Source: Craspedostauros australis (Eukaryota). Taken from it: 61,330 nucleotides of DNA. The stretch covers positions 62,001 to 123,330 of the forward strand of contig JALAGF010002361.1 of NCBI GenBank assembly GCA_030167865.1, in the 5' to 3' direction. The notes below the pieces were generated by a model. It worked only from the letters and a program-made list of their open reading frames with translations. It ran no database searches and was not told where the DNA came from. Position numbers and translations under genes: made by a program. Within the stretch, counting starts at the first letter, position 1. Every line of letters starts with the position of its first letter. This document shows positions 32,354 to 44,407 of this stretch, piece by piece.

Positions 32354-35201
32354 ATGGCAAAGAAGAGTTCTGCGGCGACGAAGAAGAAGGGCCCGAAGGG
32401 CAAGAAGGCACGCGCCAAGGCCAAGCTGAACCGCCAATGGGGTGAAGTGGATCAGACCTTGGACGATGGTGATGGCAAGACGAAGCATCAACGACGTCGT
32501 GGCAAGAGCCGTTTGCTGCAATCCTCCAAGTTCGAAGGCTCCAAGAAGACGGGCGAGGATGGCAGATATAGTTCTGACAATGAGATGGACATGGACGATG
32601 ACGATGACAGTCATGATGGCTCCGACGGCAGCAGCGTCAACGATCCCATATCCGGTCTGCTTCGATCCATCCATGCCGCCTCCAGCAAGAGCAGCAAGGC
32701 AAAACGAAAGACGAAGAGCCGTCGTGTGCGCAATCATGACGATGACACGGACGACGATTCGAGTGCTGATGATCGCATGCAGGATGATCAAGACGATGAA
32801 TTGTCTGGTAGAGAAGAAGACAATGACAATGCCGACATCAACGAGATTTCGAATAGCGAGGAAGATGTAAATGGAACGGACCACGATGATGATGATGACG
32901 ACGACGACGATGATGATCCAAATGAGACAAGGACGGAAATGGTCGATCTGTTTGGCGACTACTTTGGTTTTGCTCCAGCAGTGTCTGACAAAGACAAGTC
33001 GACGTCGTCTTGCAAGGTCGCATTGGACGATGACTCGCAATATCAGCTGACGACGTACACGAAGCAAAATGAGGCATTCATTCAGTCTCTGTGTTCGGAT
33101 AAGAAGAAGGGAACTGCAAAGCTTGCACGTGATGAGTGGAAGCAACTCTCAGCAACGGCATTCCAGTGTAACCGCAAGCTTTTGCAAAAGCGATGGAACC
33201 GAATGTACAAACGCGGCATGCCATTGTCTCATTTGCAGGGCTACCCATTCCTCTCCAGGTACATGGATATGCTGCTTCTGGCCAAGCATGACCAAACGAA
33301 GGAGGTACGCACAGATGCGCTGATTGAGTGATTGTTTTTGGCAATCGAATTACTGGCATCAAGCATGCTTTGATCAATACCGGACGCACTACTCTACTGT
33401 CCATATTCTGATCCTTTTTCATCGCTTACCGTGATCAATTAGCACTGACACATCTATACATCCCATACTCTACATATGTTTCGCATAATCCCAGGAACGA
33501 GACCAAGCGCAGCAGCTCGTGACACTTCACATGATGAACCACATCCTCACCACCAGAGGACGCATCAGCCGCAACGACAAGCGCATCAAGGATGCGCAAG
33601 CCAAAGCTGACAACCACCGTAATGATGATGACGACGATGATAACGACGGTGCCAATGACGATGCCACCAAGGATGAACCGGACATGGAGAACTTGCGTGA
33701 TCAAGGTTTCACACGGCCCACAGTGCTCATCATGATGCCAACCCGCGGAACGTGCTACCAGTTCATCAAGAAAATGATGACGATGCTTGGTGTGGACATT
33801 GGCAAGGAGTACGGGGAACGTTTCGAGGCAGATTATGGTCCGATGGAAGAAGAAGGGCCTTCGAGCCAGCATGGCATGGGCCAAGAACAGGCGGATGCTG
33901 CCGCTGCCGCAGCACGGCGCAAACAAGTGCTCAAGCAGAAGGGCCAGGAATGGTTGGATATGTTTGGCGATGAGGTCAACCAGGATGACGATTTCAAGAT
34001 TGGAATTGCTCTATCCCCTCGATCTGCTGCAGACAAAGATGGCAATGCTAGGAACGGTGGCATGAAGAGACAGAGCAAAACCCAGGCAGAACGTCCCAAG
34101 GTGTCCATGAAGCTGTACACTGATTTTTACAGAAGCGACATCATTGTGGCATCCCCGCTGGGTCTCAAGATGATGATCTCGCCATCGGGTGAAGACGACG
34201 GCGGCGACGACGATGGTGACGACGACAACTACAACAGCAATGGAAGAGGCGGCCAGCCGTATCGTCGCAAGTCAACCAGCGACGCAGACTTCCTCTCCAG
34301 CATCGAGATCTGCTACTTGGGTTTTGGGGACGTGCTCATGATGCAGAACTGGGATCATATCAACGATGTTCTAGCATTGCTCAATCAGCAACCCACGAAG
34401 AACAACGACACCGACTTCTCACGAGTGCGGAACTACCTTCTGGATGATCAGGCATCGACGCGTCGGCAGCTCATCGTCTCGTCCAAGATCATCGATCCAT
34501 GCATCCTGTCAACCTTCAAGCAGCATGCCAAGAGCATCGCCGGATCAGTCATCACCCGGCACAAGATTCCAGCCGAGTCCGCGATGCTCGGTAACATCCT
34601 GCTCCCATTGCGACAAGTGTTCCAGAAGGTCAACGCCGCGACTTTGGTCGCAAAGAACGAAGCGAGGTTGTCCTACTTTCTCAAGACCTTGCTGCCGCAA
34701 ATCCAGCGAATGAATCAGAAACGCACCATGATCTACGTCCCGTCCTACTTCGACTTCTGTTCGCTGCGCAATGCCTTCCTCAAGAAGAAGGTCGCCTTCG
34801 TCAGCGTGACGGAGTACAGCCGTGGTACGGAGGTGAGCCGAGGCCGAGCTCGGTTCTTGCAGGGTCGCAAACCCATCATGGTATACACGGGCCGCGCCCA
34901 TTTCTTCCACCGCCATTTGATCAAGGGCGTGCGCCACCTGATCTTCTTTGGTCTGCCGGAACATCCAGAGTTCTATGCCGATCAAGTCAATCTCCTGCAA
35001 ACGACACCGACAGGCGGCATGGACAACGGTGAAGATGGCGAGGACGACGACGACGACGATGGCATCGAGACGATGACAACCACCAGCTGCATGGCACTGT
35101 TCACAAAATACGATTCGCACGCTCTCGAACGCATCGTCGGCACCAGCAACTGCAAACGGATGATTGCAAGTCAGAAATCTACCTTCATGTTCTATTCGTA
35201 G
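32354..35201 (+). CDS. UTP25: U3 snoRNA-associated protein 25 (UTP25/DEF), 2 exons, 885 aa
   Basis: Exons 32354-33304 and 33495-35201 (GTACGC...CAG, phase 0). Motifs: RDQGFTRP.VL...PTR, DDF.IGI, LY.DFY.SDIIVASPLGL, DFLSSIE, MQNWDH, DFSRVR, PSYFDF..LRN, R.HFF.R..IKGVR.LIF.GLP..PEFY. Confidence 0.93.
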
Positions 35202-35601
35202 GTATGTACGGATACAGTAATGGCATTAATGGTAGAGAAGTAGAACACTTTGTTGTCCTCCAATGTGAACTGTAGCGCACATCCGTGGGAAGAAGACGAG
35301 ATCCTTCACCTCGTTGTGTTGCGTTCCTGGGCTTCGTCTGGTCTTTGCGATGATTTCGTCGCTCGTAGTCGTACCTGTCCAAACCTTACCATTGCCACCT
35401 GCGGATCTGTCCCAACTAATTCGTTCGCTTTGCACGTGTGCGCCAGATTGGGACGCTGATTGCAGGAGATCGAAGAAGACAGACACATTGTTGAATGGAT
35501 AGATGGACGCATGTGCTATTATGTACGCAATTGGTCGATACGCTTAAGAGCGAAGCAAGGTATTTCTGTGCCTCTGCCTCACTGTTTGGCTGTGTCTCGA
35601 C

Positions 35602-37213
35602 TTAGTTCGTCAGCTGGGACATGAAGGATGGTTCCACGGCAAGCGCTTTCGTGTTCTCGATGACCTCATCGATGAGACCGTATTCGACGGCCTCGTTCGG
35701 TTGCAGGTACTTGACGCGCGAGCAGTCCTCAATGACACTCTCAATTGGCTTTCCGCAAGCAGTGGCAATGAGCTCGCATGTTGTTCGGCGGTTGTGGGCG
35801 ACCTCCCTGGCCTTGATGGCGATGTCTGCAGCCTGTCCTCTTGCCTGTGACTTTGGTTGATTCAATCGGATGGTGGCGTTTGGCAGGGAGAATCGGTGAC
35901 CGCGCTTGCCCTGCGAGAGGAGCATGGCGGCGGCGCCGAAGGCCTGTCCGAGAGCGACGGTGTGGACTGGTGGGCGCACGTATTTCATGACATCGGCGAT
36001 GGCGAAGGCCTCTGTCTCGAATCCGACGGCCTGACCATCAGCTGTGGTGGTTCCAGATGAGTTGATGTACATGGTGATTGGGTCCGTTGTGCTTTCGTAG
36101 TTGAGGTAGAGGAGCTCGGCGATGACCAACTCGGTGACGGCTGGCACGAGAGGCATACCGATGTAGACGATACGGTTGTGAAGCAAGAGCGATGGAAGAT
36201 CTGGTGGTGGTCCGATGGCAACACCTGTTGGTAATCAATCATACGTAATTGGGAAGAGTGGCAATTCATAGGTATGATATGTGGGTATGTGCATCGAAAA
36301 TTGGGAGGTGGGAAGGCAAAATGAATGTATGGTGTGTGGATGAATGGATGGATGATTTGATTCAGTGATGTTTGATGTGGAGATGAGTGAGTGTTGCGGT
36401 GGCGATGAGGATAACGATAGTGATAGGATGGTTGTTGTCGTTGGTAACATGCCGAGGTGGTTGCCAATGGTTTTGTGGCAGAATGTAAAATAGGAGATGT
36501 GTTGTATCGTTGACAGTATTGTAACAAGGCACAGGTAGGTACGGGGAGATACGTGGAGGCACAGTCCAGTTGTTGTTGATGTTGGCACAATAGGTAGAAT
36601 TGTGGCGGATCATTAGATTGCATAACATCAAAGATGGCAACACCAGTGCGAGGCATGACATCACACGATGCGGAATATTCGTCAAGGGATGAAATGGCAA
36701 GCAAGGAGCAAGTTGCGAGACGCGTGTTGATAGCAGGGGAAGTTATTGATGCAGTCCCAGGAAAGGTTGGATGATTGCAACCTGTTGACGACAAGATCCA
36801 AGAGCTCCAATCCCAAACTTCGGCGCGCTCTTGGTTGAATCATCCGCATTCCAGACAGTCATGGATGCTCTCAATACGGGTAGATGATCGTGGTGATGGC
36901 GGTAGCGTGGCTCCGGAAAGCGAGCATTCGACAACCAAAAAGATCTTCAGGATCCACACGATCACTGGATGATGATGGCGATGATGCGTGCCGTACCTTC
37001 GTAGTACTCCTGTCCGTAGGCACGCTCAGCTCCTCCGGCGACCATGCTCATGCTGCTGCCATCAACGATGGTCTTCTCGGCATCCTTTGGCAGGATGAGT
37101 CCGGACTTGGTGGTGATGGTGCCAGCGGACGCAGGTGTGCTGACAAGCGGACGCGGGGAGAAAGCCTGGGCTCCGGTGGCCATCAGGCAAAAGGCGACGG
37201 CTGAGAACTTCAT
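35602..37213 (-). CDS. clpR: Plastid Clp protease non-catalytic subunit (ClpR-type), 2 exons, 279 aa
   Basis: Exons 37213-36997 and 36224-35602 (GTACGG...CAG, phase 1). Signal peptide plus AQA^FSP. Motifs PPPDLPSLLL..RIVYIGMPLVPAVTEL..AELLYL, MYINS.GT and FETEAFAI.D are characteristic of ClpR. The catalytic Ser and His positions appear replaced (GQAFGAAAMLL; IRLNQP). Confidence 0.88.
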
Positions 37214-38278
37214 TGCGGACGAGCGTGGGGTGCGAGTATGTATGTATGTTGATGAGTGATGGTCTTGGACGGATGTTACCACGATCGGAGGTGATAAACA
37301 GTCGCGGTGAGCCTTTGTTTCTTGATTGATGTCGACCGATCAAAGCAACATCAACAGCACAAGGGAGACCACAAGAGAGAGGAGAGCGAGGAGGAGACAC
37401 AACACAGACCAGCAGCGTCAACAACGAGGAAGAAGGACGGAGGGAAGGATGACGATGATGACGACGGTTCTGTTCTTTGCCCGACGGCCGCAACACCAAT
37501 CACCAAAACAGCAGGCAGATTTCAGGGATCCACCAGAACAAGAAAGAGACATGGTGCTGTCTGTCGGACGTCCGACGTCCGAAGCCACGAAAGTTAGTCT
37601 TCGACACAACCGAATGCAATTCTTCCACGCGGCATCTGTTCTTGATCGGGAAAGAAGAAGGCATTTATCGACCCGATCGACCAAACAAACTCTTCGAGCA
37701 CCTTGTGTCAGCGACATGCGCCAGACTGTGCTTATCGAGCACGTCGTGACAACCGTTTACGTGCAATACATGTGGTATCATAAATTGTATTCACACATGA
37801 ATAATATTGATAAATGTTCGCTTCGCCACAATTTGGTGGGTCGTCAAAACACGATCAGAGACGAACCCACAACGACGACACATCGACAGCGACAGCGACA
37901 GCAACAACGAACATCGGGAGAAGCGCAGCACCACTCGCTTGGAACGTCTCGATCAAGAGAAACAACAACAAGAACAACAAGAGCAACAGCTTCAAGAGGA
38001 ACAGCCACACTGCAAGAACAACCACAACGGCAACGACAGCCACAACGACAACTAGCGACACTGCAGGACAACCAAGAGGAACCATCCGCACGACGACGAT
38101 CCCAACAACAGAAGATAGATCATCGGTATCTCGATTGCAACGTACTGATATCGATTGTCGCACTACTCCGCTGGCGGACTGAGATTGGCATCAGCTTCGG
38201 TCCGAAGGTTCTCATACTCCTCAGCCCTCCACCAAAGCCAACTCACCACACCACACCACCCGAATATACTCTGCAGCA

Positions 38279-38842
38279 ATGAGATCCGTCAACAACCTCA
38301 CCACCATCTTCGCGGTGCTCCTGCTCGTTGCTGCATTGATGGTGCAGTCGGTGACGATGGCGGAAAGTGTCCGTGGTGCGGCGGCAGAGTACATCATGGA
38401 GGAGGTGGAAGAGGCGCACTACGGTGAGATCGCGGCCCAAATGAAGCAGGAGCTGCGAGAGCTGAGCAGCAGCGACTCCAGAGAGGGCGACGTGTGCTAC
38501 TACGGCGGCTACCTCAACAAGATCAGCGCCAACACGGTCTCCAGCCTCCTCAGCAAGAAGAACCTCGTCGGTTTCATCAAGCGATACCGCAGCAAGAACC
38601 GCCTCATCCTCACGCGCAAGTGCTGGATCCGCAACAGCAGCATCGCCGGCGGGTACTACTGCGTCGATCACAAGACCGTCTGCGTCGCGGCGCGGTCGAT
38701 GTCGCGATTCTACGGCGAGCACACCAGCGGCGGGCCGTGCGGCATGTTCCCGCTCAGCGACGACAACATCGACGGTCTTCAGGACGACCTGCGCACGGCG
38801 TACTACAACACGTGCGACGGCGATGACTGCGATGGTCGCTAA
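38279..38842 (+). CDS. Small secreted Cys-containing protein of unknown function (187 aa)
   Basis: Clear signal peptide (IFAVLLLVAALMVQSVTMA), an acidic pro-region ending LREL, 7 Cys in the rest, and very strong C/G third-position bias. Confidence 0.8.
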   Translation: MRSVNNLTTIFAVLLLVAALMVQSVTMAESVRGAAAEYIMEEVEEAHYGEIAAQMKQELRELSSSDSREGDVCYYGGYLNKISANTVSSLLSKKNLVGFIKRYRSKNRLILTRKCWIRNSSIAGGYYCVDHKTVCVAARSMSRFYGEHTSGGPCGMFPLSDDNIDGLQDDLRTAYYNTCDGDDCDGR

Positions 38843-39790
38843 TGTCGATCATCGCCATACGTAGAGAGAATAGAAACAAAACACGCACGACAGAGCTCAA
38901 GCGTGTGACACAGCAAGAACGGCGGTGGTGGTAATGATGGTTGCGAGAAGAGAGATGTACTGACGGATAGATGTGAAATCATTCGATCAGACAGCTCTCT
39001 TCACGGGCATACATGCAAGCCAGTGTACGGCTGGCATGGTGCGCCCACCCGCGATCACACACTCACACTTGCGAACAGCCACAAATCACAACTTGTGAAC
39101 GCACAGGGTCTCCCTCCCTCAGCATCTACCCCGATGCCCAATGGTCAACGTCCAGCATGTGGCAATGTCAATGTAAATAAATGTGGTGGAGTGCAGTTGC
39201 AATGATCCATCGTGGGAAAGAGGAACGATCCGCTTTGAAAGCCTTTCGTTGACCTTCGACCATGCTGCATCACGTCGTGGCGGAGATCCCTGCAACGCCA
39301 GCCAGCCAACCAATCAAGCCCAACAGTTAGATGAAATGAAAATGATCCCAGACAGGAACACGACCATGCTAGTGTGCTACAAAGCAATCATTCATTCACA
39401 GTAGGTAACGATAGAGAATCAACGTAGGTGAATCCTTGTGAACGGGTACATGTCTATTGCATTATAATATGCAATAGTCGTCGACATAGAATAGGCATGA
39501 ATTGTGGTTGGGCAGAGCGAAAGCCCTTCCGAGATGCGCAGAACCTTGAATTTGGTGGCACTGTCTGCCCATCAACCGGAATACACACCAAATGGCCTAA
39601 CCAAACCGAACCCCAACACACACCCAGCAAACATCAACAAAAAGATGAACGCATGGTGTCAAACACGCACACCACAGAATTGTCTGCTTCCTTTCCACAT
39701 GTGCGACCTGCCACTATAATACGAGCAACGCCACAAGTCCTCAGCTCCACAGAGAGCACACTCACACTTCATCCATCTATTGTGGCAAGC

Positions 39791-41431
39791 ATGACGTCCC
39801 TCCCATTCCCATCCTTCGTGGACAAGATCCCCGTCGACGCAGACAACAAGGCGGCCGCATTGGCAGCCGTCGGACGATGTCGCATCGTCCCATCTGCGCA
39901 AGACTTTGATGCCATCATCGCCAAGAACAAGGAACAGGCCGTGGCCGCGCTGCAAGCCAAGGACGACGAGGCGCAGAAGAAGCTCAAGAAGAAATACATG
40001 AAGCAAGGCGTGGCGATGGCATCGGCGTACTTGCGAGAGACGTTGAAGCTGGATGTCAGCATCGTGCAGGTGGAGGCTGTCCTGGCGGCGAAGGATGTGC
40101 TGGAGACGGATGGTTGCATCGCGGCCTGCATGCTGGATGCGGGATGCTTCGCCATCGTTCTGGACGGCGCCAACCTCGAAGCCATGGACTGTGCCAAGGT
40201 GCCGCGGGAACGCATCGTTGCTCAGTTCGATGCCGTTCCGGAGGCTGCTGCTGTGGCGGAGGCTCTGAAGCTGGCGGGCACCATCAGCGTCAGTCTTTCG
40301 GAGCTGTCCACTGACAAGGTGGAGGCAGTGCTGGCCATGCTTCCAGAGAAGAAGGACATGGCAGTGTTTCAAATCGCGGTCGATGGCGACTTTGAGACCA
40401 TCACAGCATTTGTGGCTGCTACATCCAAGCTCTGCAAGGACGGCAAGGGAGCGATCGCGCTTGTCGATCCAAATGCGACGCAGCTGGGTCTCTGCTACGC
40501 TGCCTGCATGAGGACAGACCGTGAAGATGGATTGTACACCACGGTCGTTTGCACGCGCGCTGGTGAGGCCCTGGGGTTGGTGTACTCTTCCAAGGTGAGT
40601 CGATGATGTGCAATGTGGGCGGTGTGCACTCCGCGTCTCTACGTCCCAAGGAAGCTCCCACCTTCTTTCAACAAAAAGGCACGACGACCGTGTTTGCAGA
40701 CAATTCTTGTGTCCTTCATGTTTTTGGCTATCAACGCAGAAGCCATCACAGGATCACTACGCCGCATTTCTCATCCATGGTTTCTCTCCATCAACGCATC
40801 TCCAACTCACGCTGCCACTGTCGATACCGCCACTACCTACCATATCCACGTGCACACGCTTTTGCAATCGCAGGAATCCGTCGTCGCAGCGCTGGAATGC
40901 GGCAGAGGAGTCTACTACTCCCGATCGCGCAACTCGTTGTGGAGGAAGGGCGACACGTCGGGACATTTCCAAACTCTCCACCGTCTCGATGTGGATTGCG
41001 ACGGCGATGCCTTGCGATTCACCGTCACGCAGCGAGGAGATGACGTCGCTGCCTTTTGTCATTTGCACACCCTCACGTGCTGGGGTGAGCCAACCGGGTT
41101 GCGCCACCTCGAACAGACCCTGCAGGAACGGCTCGTGTCGGCACCGGAAGGATCCTACACGAAACGTCTCTTTGACGACAGCGAATTGCTGCGGGATAAG
41201 CTCGTCGAGGAAGCCCAGGAACTGTCCGAGGCGACCGAACCAAGTGACGTTGCTGGTGAACTGGCCGACGTGCTCTACTTCGCCATGGTCCGGGCCGTCA
41301 AGGCTGGTGTGAGCATCGATGATGCCGTCGCCGAACTCGACAGACGCACGCGCAAGGTTACAAGGAGGAAGGGCGATTCCAAGGCATTCCGCATCGCAGC
41401 TGGAGACGCAATCTTGAACAAGGACGCATAA
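39791..41431 (+). CDS. hisIE: Bifunctional phosphoribosyl-AMP cyclohydrolase / phosphoribosyl-ATP pyrophosphohydrolase (HisIE, fungal HIS4-like N-terminal half), 2 exons, 453 aa
   Basis: Exons 39791-40594 and 40874-41431 (GTGAGT...CAG, phase 0). Motifs: TDR.DGLYTTVV....ALGLVYSS.ES, YYSRSR..LW.KG.TSG, DCDGDAL.F, FCHL.T.TCW, AP.GSYTKRLF.D..LL..KL.EEA.EL, ELAD.LYFA. Confidence 0.92.
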
Positions 41432-41845
41432 AACCAACAGGCTGCTTCCACTTTCAAATTCATTGGACGACCTTTGCACCGAACTCCTGATAAGCTCTGG
41501 AGAGGAGTCAATGCAAAAAGTAGCTTAAAACCGTCTACTTGTCGACAGTATCCGCATATCGCTCCCATGTGGTCGTGGTATGGATTGCTTCGTTGTTCTT
41601 CCCTGCACATTGCTTGGATTTATTCTGAACTGTACGACTACGTTGAAGCAAGGTGACAAATCTATCCTGGCAGGATTGCACATACAAGTTGAGTACCATC
41701 CACGCAGATGACTCTCCTCGACAACCAATGCCCTCACCCACACCATGGGTGGAAAAGATAGTTCGTCATCTCACCGATTCATTGTTCGCGATGTGAACCG
41801 ACGGCTTCGCAATTCGCTGACTCTCCCACTCTTGCTCCAATTCCG

Positions 41846-43768
41846 TCAATACCATTCTCGCTCCAACCGCATGGCATGCCATCTGGAGTGAAGGTCTTCC
41901 ACGATGTTGCCGACGTGCTTCAGTATGAAACGTCCCGCGACTTCCACCTTTGCGCCTACCTGACCAAGCCGCCGTTGCAACAGATCCAACAAATCATCAT
42001 CCTCACTATCAAACATCGCCAACGCCTTGTCCACCAGCTTGTCCAGGGTGAACAGGATCTGCCGACCGACATACATGCAATCGCGTCCCAGCTGGTACAT
42101 GCGACGCGCGGCACGGTTGCAACCCAAGGGACTCGTGGTGGAGATGCACCTGCTGATGGCAACGTAGTTGGGGACGGAATGGTAATCCCACTTGAAGATG
42201 ACATCGGCCAACCAATTGCGCGTCATCATCCAGACGAGTGCCGCCTTTGTCTCGGGCGTGCCGATGGCGAACCAATGGCCGATGGATGCCACCCATTTGG
42301 GTTGCTGTTTGGGAGTCTGATCGAGCGGTATCAGCCGAAGCTGGTACACCGTCAACGCACCGTCATTATCAAGGCGCGTGTAGAAGTGAGCGTTCTCATT
42401 CTCGGTGCGCACGCTCTCCGAGTACCACAGTATCTGGCGCGGGCGATCGGGCGTGCCGAGCACCAGGACGAGATGGGACGGGTGCTCCTGATGGAACGCG
42501 AGGAAGCATTTGCTTTGCGGCACGTAGGTGTTGGAATGCCACACGATATTCTCGCCACGGTCATTCCAGATGGAATTCTCCGATGTGATGAGCAGTTCGC
42601 AGTGCTCGCTGAGGCCAGCGGTGTAGCGGCCGTTGACGGATGTGAGCAGCTTGTCAGGACCGTGCGTGAGTAAATCACCGGGATATATCGAATCTGTCCC
42701 TCTCCGTTGCCGCTTGCCCCTTTGGAATTGGCTGCCACCCTGTGAGCCGGAGTCCCGTCCCATCCGATCTGGCCGTGCCTGGCATCGGAAACCTTCGTCC
42801 AAGAGGTAGACGTCGGTGATTGGCTCCAGCACGTTGTTCTCTCTCGACTTGTCCCATTTAGACTTGAACTCCTGAGCGATCGTTCGATAACGAAAGCAAC
42901 CACGGCGGTCTTTGGCGTATTCATCCGTTTGCAACAAACGCACGTATTCCTGGCCAGTCAGCCGGTCATACATGACCTCTTGTGATTCATACGACCGCAC
43001 TGGCTCCGACGGCTGCTGTCCGGTGGTGCCGCTGTAGTTGGGGTAGGACCTTTGATCGAACCCACCCGGACCATCATCATCATCATCATCGTCGTCGTCG
43101 CCATTCCGAGATGATGGTTTCGACGATGCTTCGTCTTCGCCGAAATGGTCTTCATCCGTGCCAAAGAAGAACTCCTCGAACACCTGCTTCGGATCCGTCG
43201 AGAATTGTTGAATGAAGGACGTGAACTTGTTGGCGAAGGACTCCGTCCGTATCTTGCTTTCGCAGTAGCTCAGAAACTCATCGTAGTCCGGCTTGCGGCT
43301 GGGATCCTTGAGGACTTCGTACGCCTCGGCGATCTTGGCAAAGCGCGCATTGCTTTCCTCCATGGTGGTGGTGGTCGTGCTGTTGCGCTTGTCGGGATGG
43401 TGCAGCTGGCTCTGGCTGCGGAAGGCGCGCTTGATATCCCTGAGCTCTATCGACTTGCGCTGCCTGCGATTCTGCTGGCGAGATGATGACGACTTGGAAC
43501 TGGGCGGTGATTCCAACCCCAGTATCTCATAGTAGTTCCACGTTTCGAAGTCGTACTTGGCGTTGGCGATGGTCGATTCCGATCCCGGACATCCATCTTC
43601 CGGTTGCTGGTTCTGCGACAGCGCCATCGGCGCACACGACATGAGTATCAGCACGAAGAGCAGATGCAAAGCAGCACCATTTGCGCACGAAGGTCGGTGC
43701 CGCGATCTCCGTCTCCGCTTGCTCTGGCACTTGCTCTGGCACTTGCTCTGGCTGTTGAGATGATCCAT
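41846..43768 (-). CDS. J-domain (DnaJ) protein with N-terminal signal/TM segment and a probable bulb-type (B-) lectin domain, 640 aa
   Basis: J-domain: NYYEILG...IKRAFR......HPDK...F.KIAEAYEVL.DP.....YD. Hydrophobic segment ALHLLFVLILMSCAPMALS. B-lectin-like pattern PGDLL...LTS.NGRY...L..HCELLI...VWHSNT...HLVL...LWYS...RLDNDG.L.VY. Confidence 0.82.
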   Translation of the reverse strand: MDHLNSQSKCQSKCQSKRRRRSRHRPSCANGAALHLLFVLILMSCAPMALSQNQQPEDGCPGSESTIANAKYDFETWNYYEILGLESPPSSKSSSSRQQNRRQRKSIELRDIKRAFRSQSQLHHPDKRNSTTTTTMEESNARFAKIAEAYEVLKDPSRKPDYDEFLSYCESKIRTESFANKFTSFIQQFSTDPKQVFEEFFFGTDEDHFGEDEASSKPSSRNGDDDDDDDDDGPGGFDQRSYPNYSGTTGQQPSEPVRSYESQEVMYDRLTGQEYVRLLQTDEYAKDRRGCFRYRTIAQEFKSKWDKSRENNVLEPITDVYLLDEGFRCQARPDRMGRDSGSQGGSQFQRGKRQRRGTDSIYPGDLLTHGPDKLLTSVNGRYTAGLSEHCELLITSENSIWNDRGENIVWHSNTYVPQSKCFLAFHQEHPSHLVLVLGTPDRPRQILWYSESVRTENENAHFYTRLDNDGALTVYQLRLIPLDQTPKQQPKWVASIGHWFAIGTPETKAALVWMMTRNWLADVIFKWDYHSVPNYVAISRCISTTSPLGCNRAARRMYQLGRDCMYVGRQILFTLDKLVDKALAMFDSEDDDLLDLLQRRLGQVGAKVEVAGRFILKHVGNIVEDLHSRWHAMRLEREWY

Positions 43769-44407
43769 CCTCCTTCTCTGTCAGTTGTCAGCAGGTCGTC
43801 TTGTCCACTCGTCCTCCTCCCTTGCACTCCTGCTCGCACCAGTTGCTCTCTCTCACTCTCTCCAGCGACCGCTTCATGGTTGTGCCTCCGACGAAGCATG
43901 TGGATGGTGATGTACGAGCGCGAGCACGAGTATGACAGATGATGTCAACCCAGCTCCGCCAACCACATGGCATGTGCTCCTGTTGGACGTGTCTCTCTTG
44001 TGCGACGAATTTGATTGGCGAGTGAGCGTGTTTTGTCGTCGTGGAACTGTTGCCATCTTGTCGGTGGCAAGAGACACCTTGCATATTGTGATCGAATCAA
44101 TCGACTAATTCACGAACATGATTCGTTCGTGGGCGTTCAAATCGAATGAATCATGGTTGAGCAGAAAAACGGGAACAACCAAGCATTCGCGTGTCGCACC
44201 GTGTTGAAATGTCGCGCTTCGGCAAGCGCTGTTTGTGTGCGAACCGCTGCCCAAAATGTCTGACGAGCGATAACGATAAACGAGGCGATGAAAAGCCCTT
44301 GTTGTCGTCACTTTTCTGGTGGTCCATGATTGATTCCTCCAAGAACGGTTTTTTGTGTGGTGATGGCTGCACGCCACACCGAAGGACGAGTAGTAGTGGA
44401 GGAGCAG

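Noticed and set aside
37326-38282. 318-aa Q/R/T-rich plus-strand ORF
   Set aside because: It arises from (CAA/CGA)-rich low-complexity promoter or UTR sequence that lacks stop codons, and it starts at a non-ATG codon.
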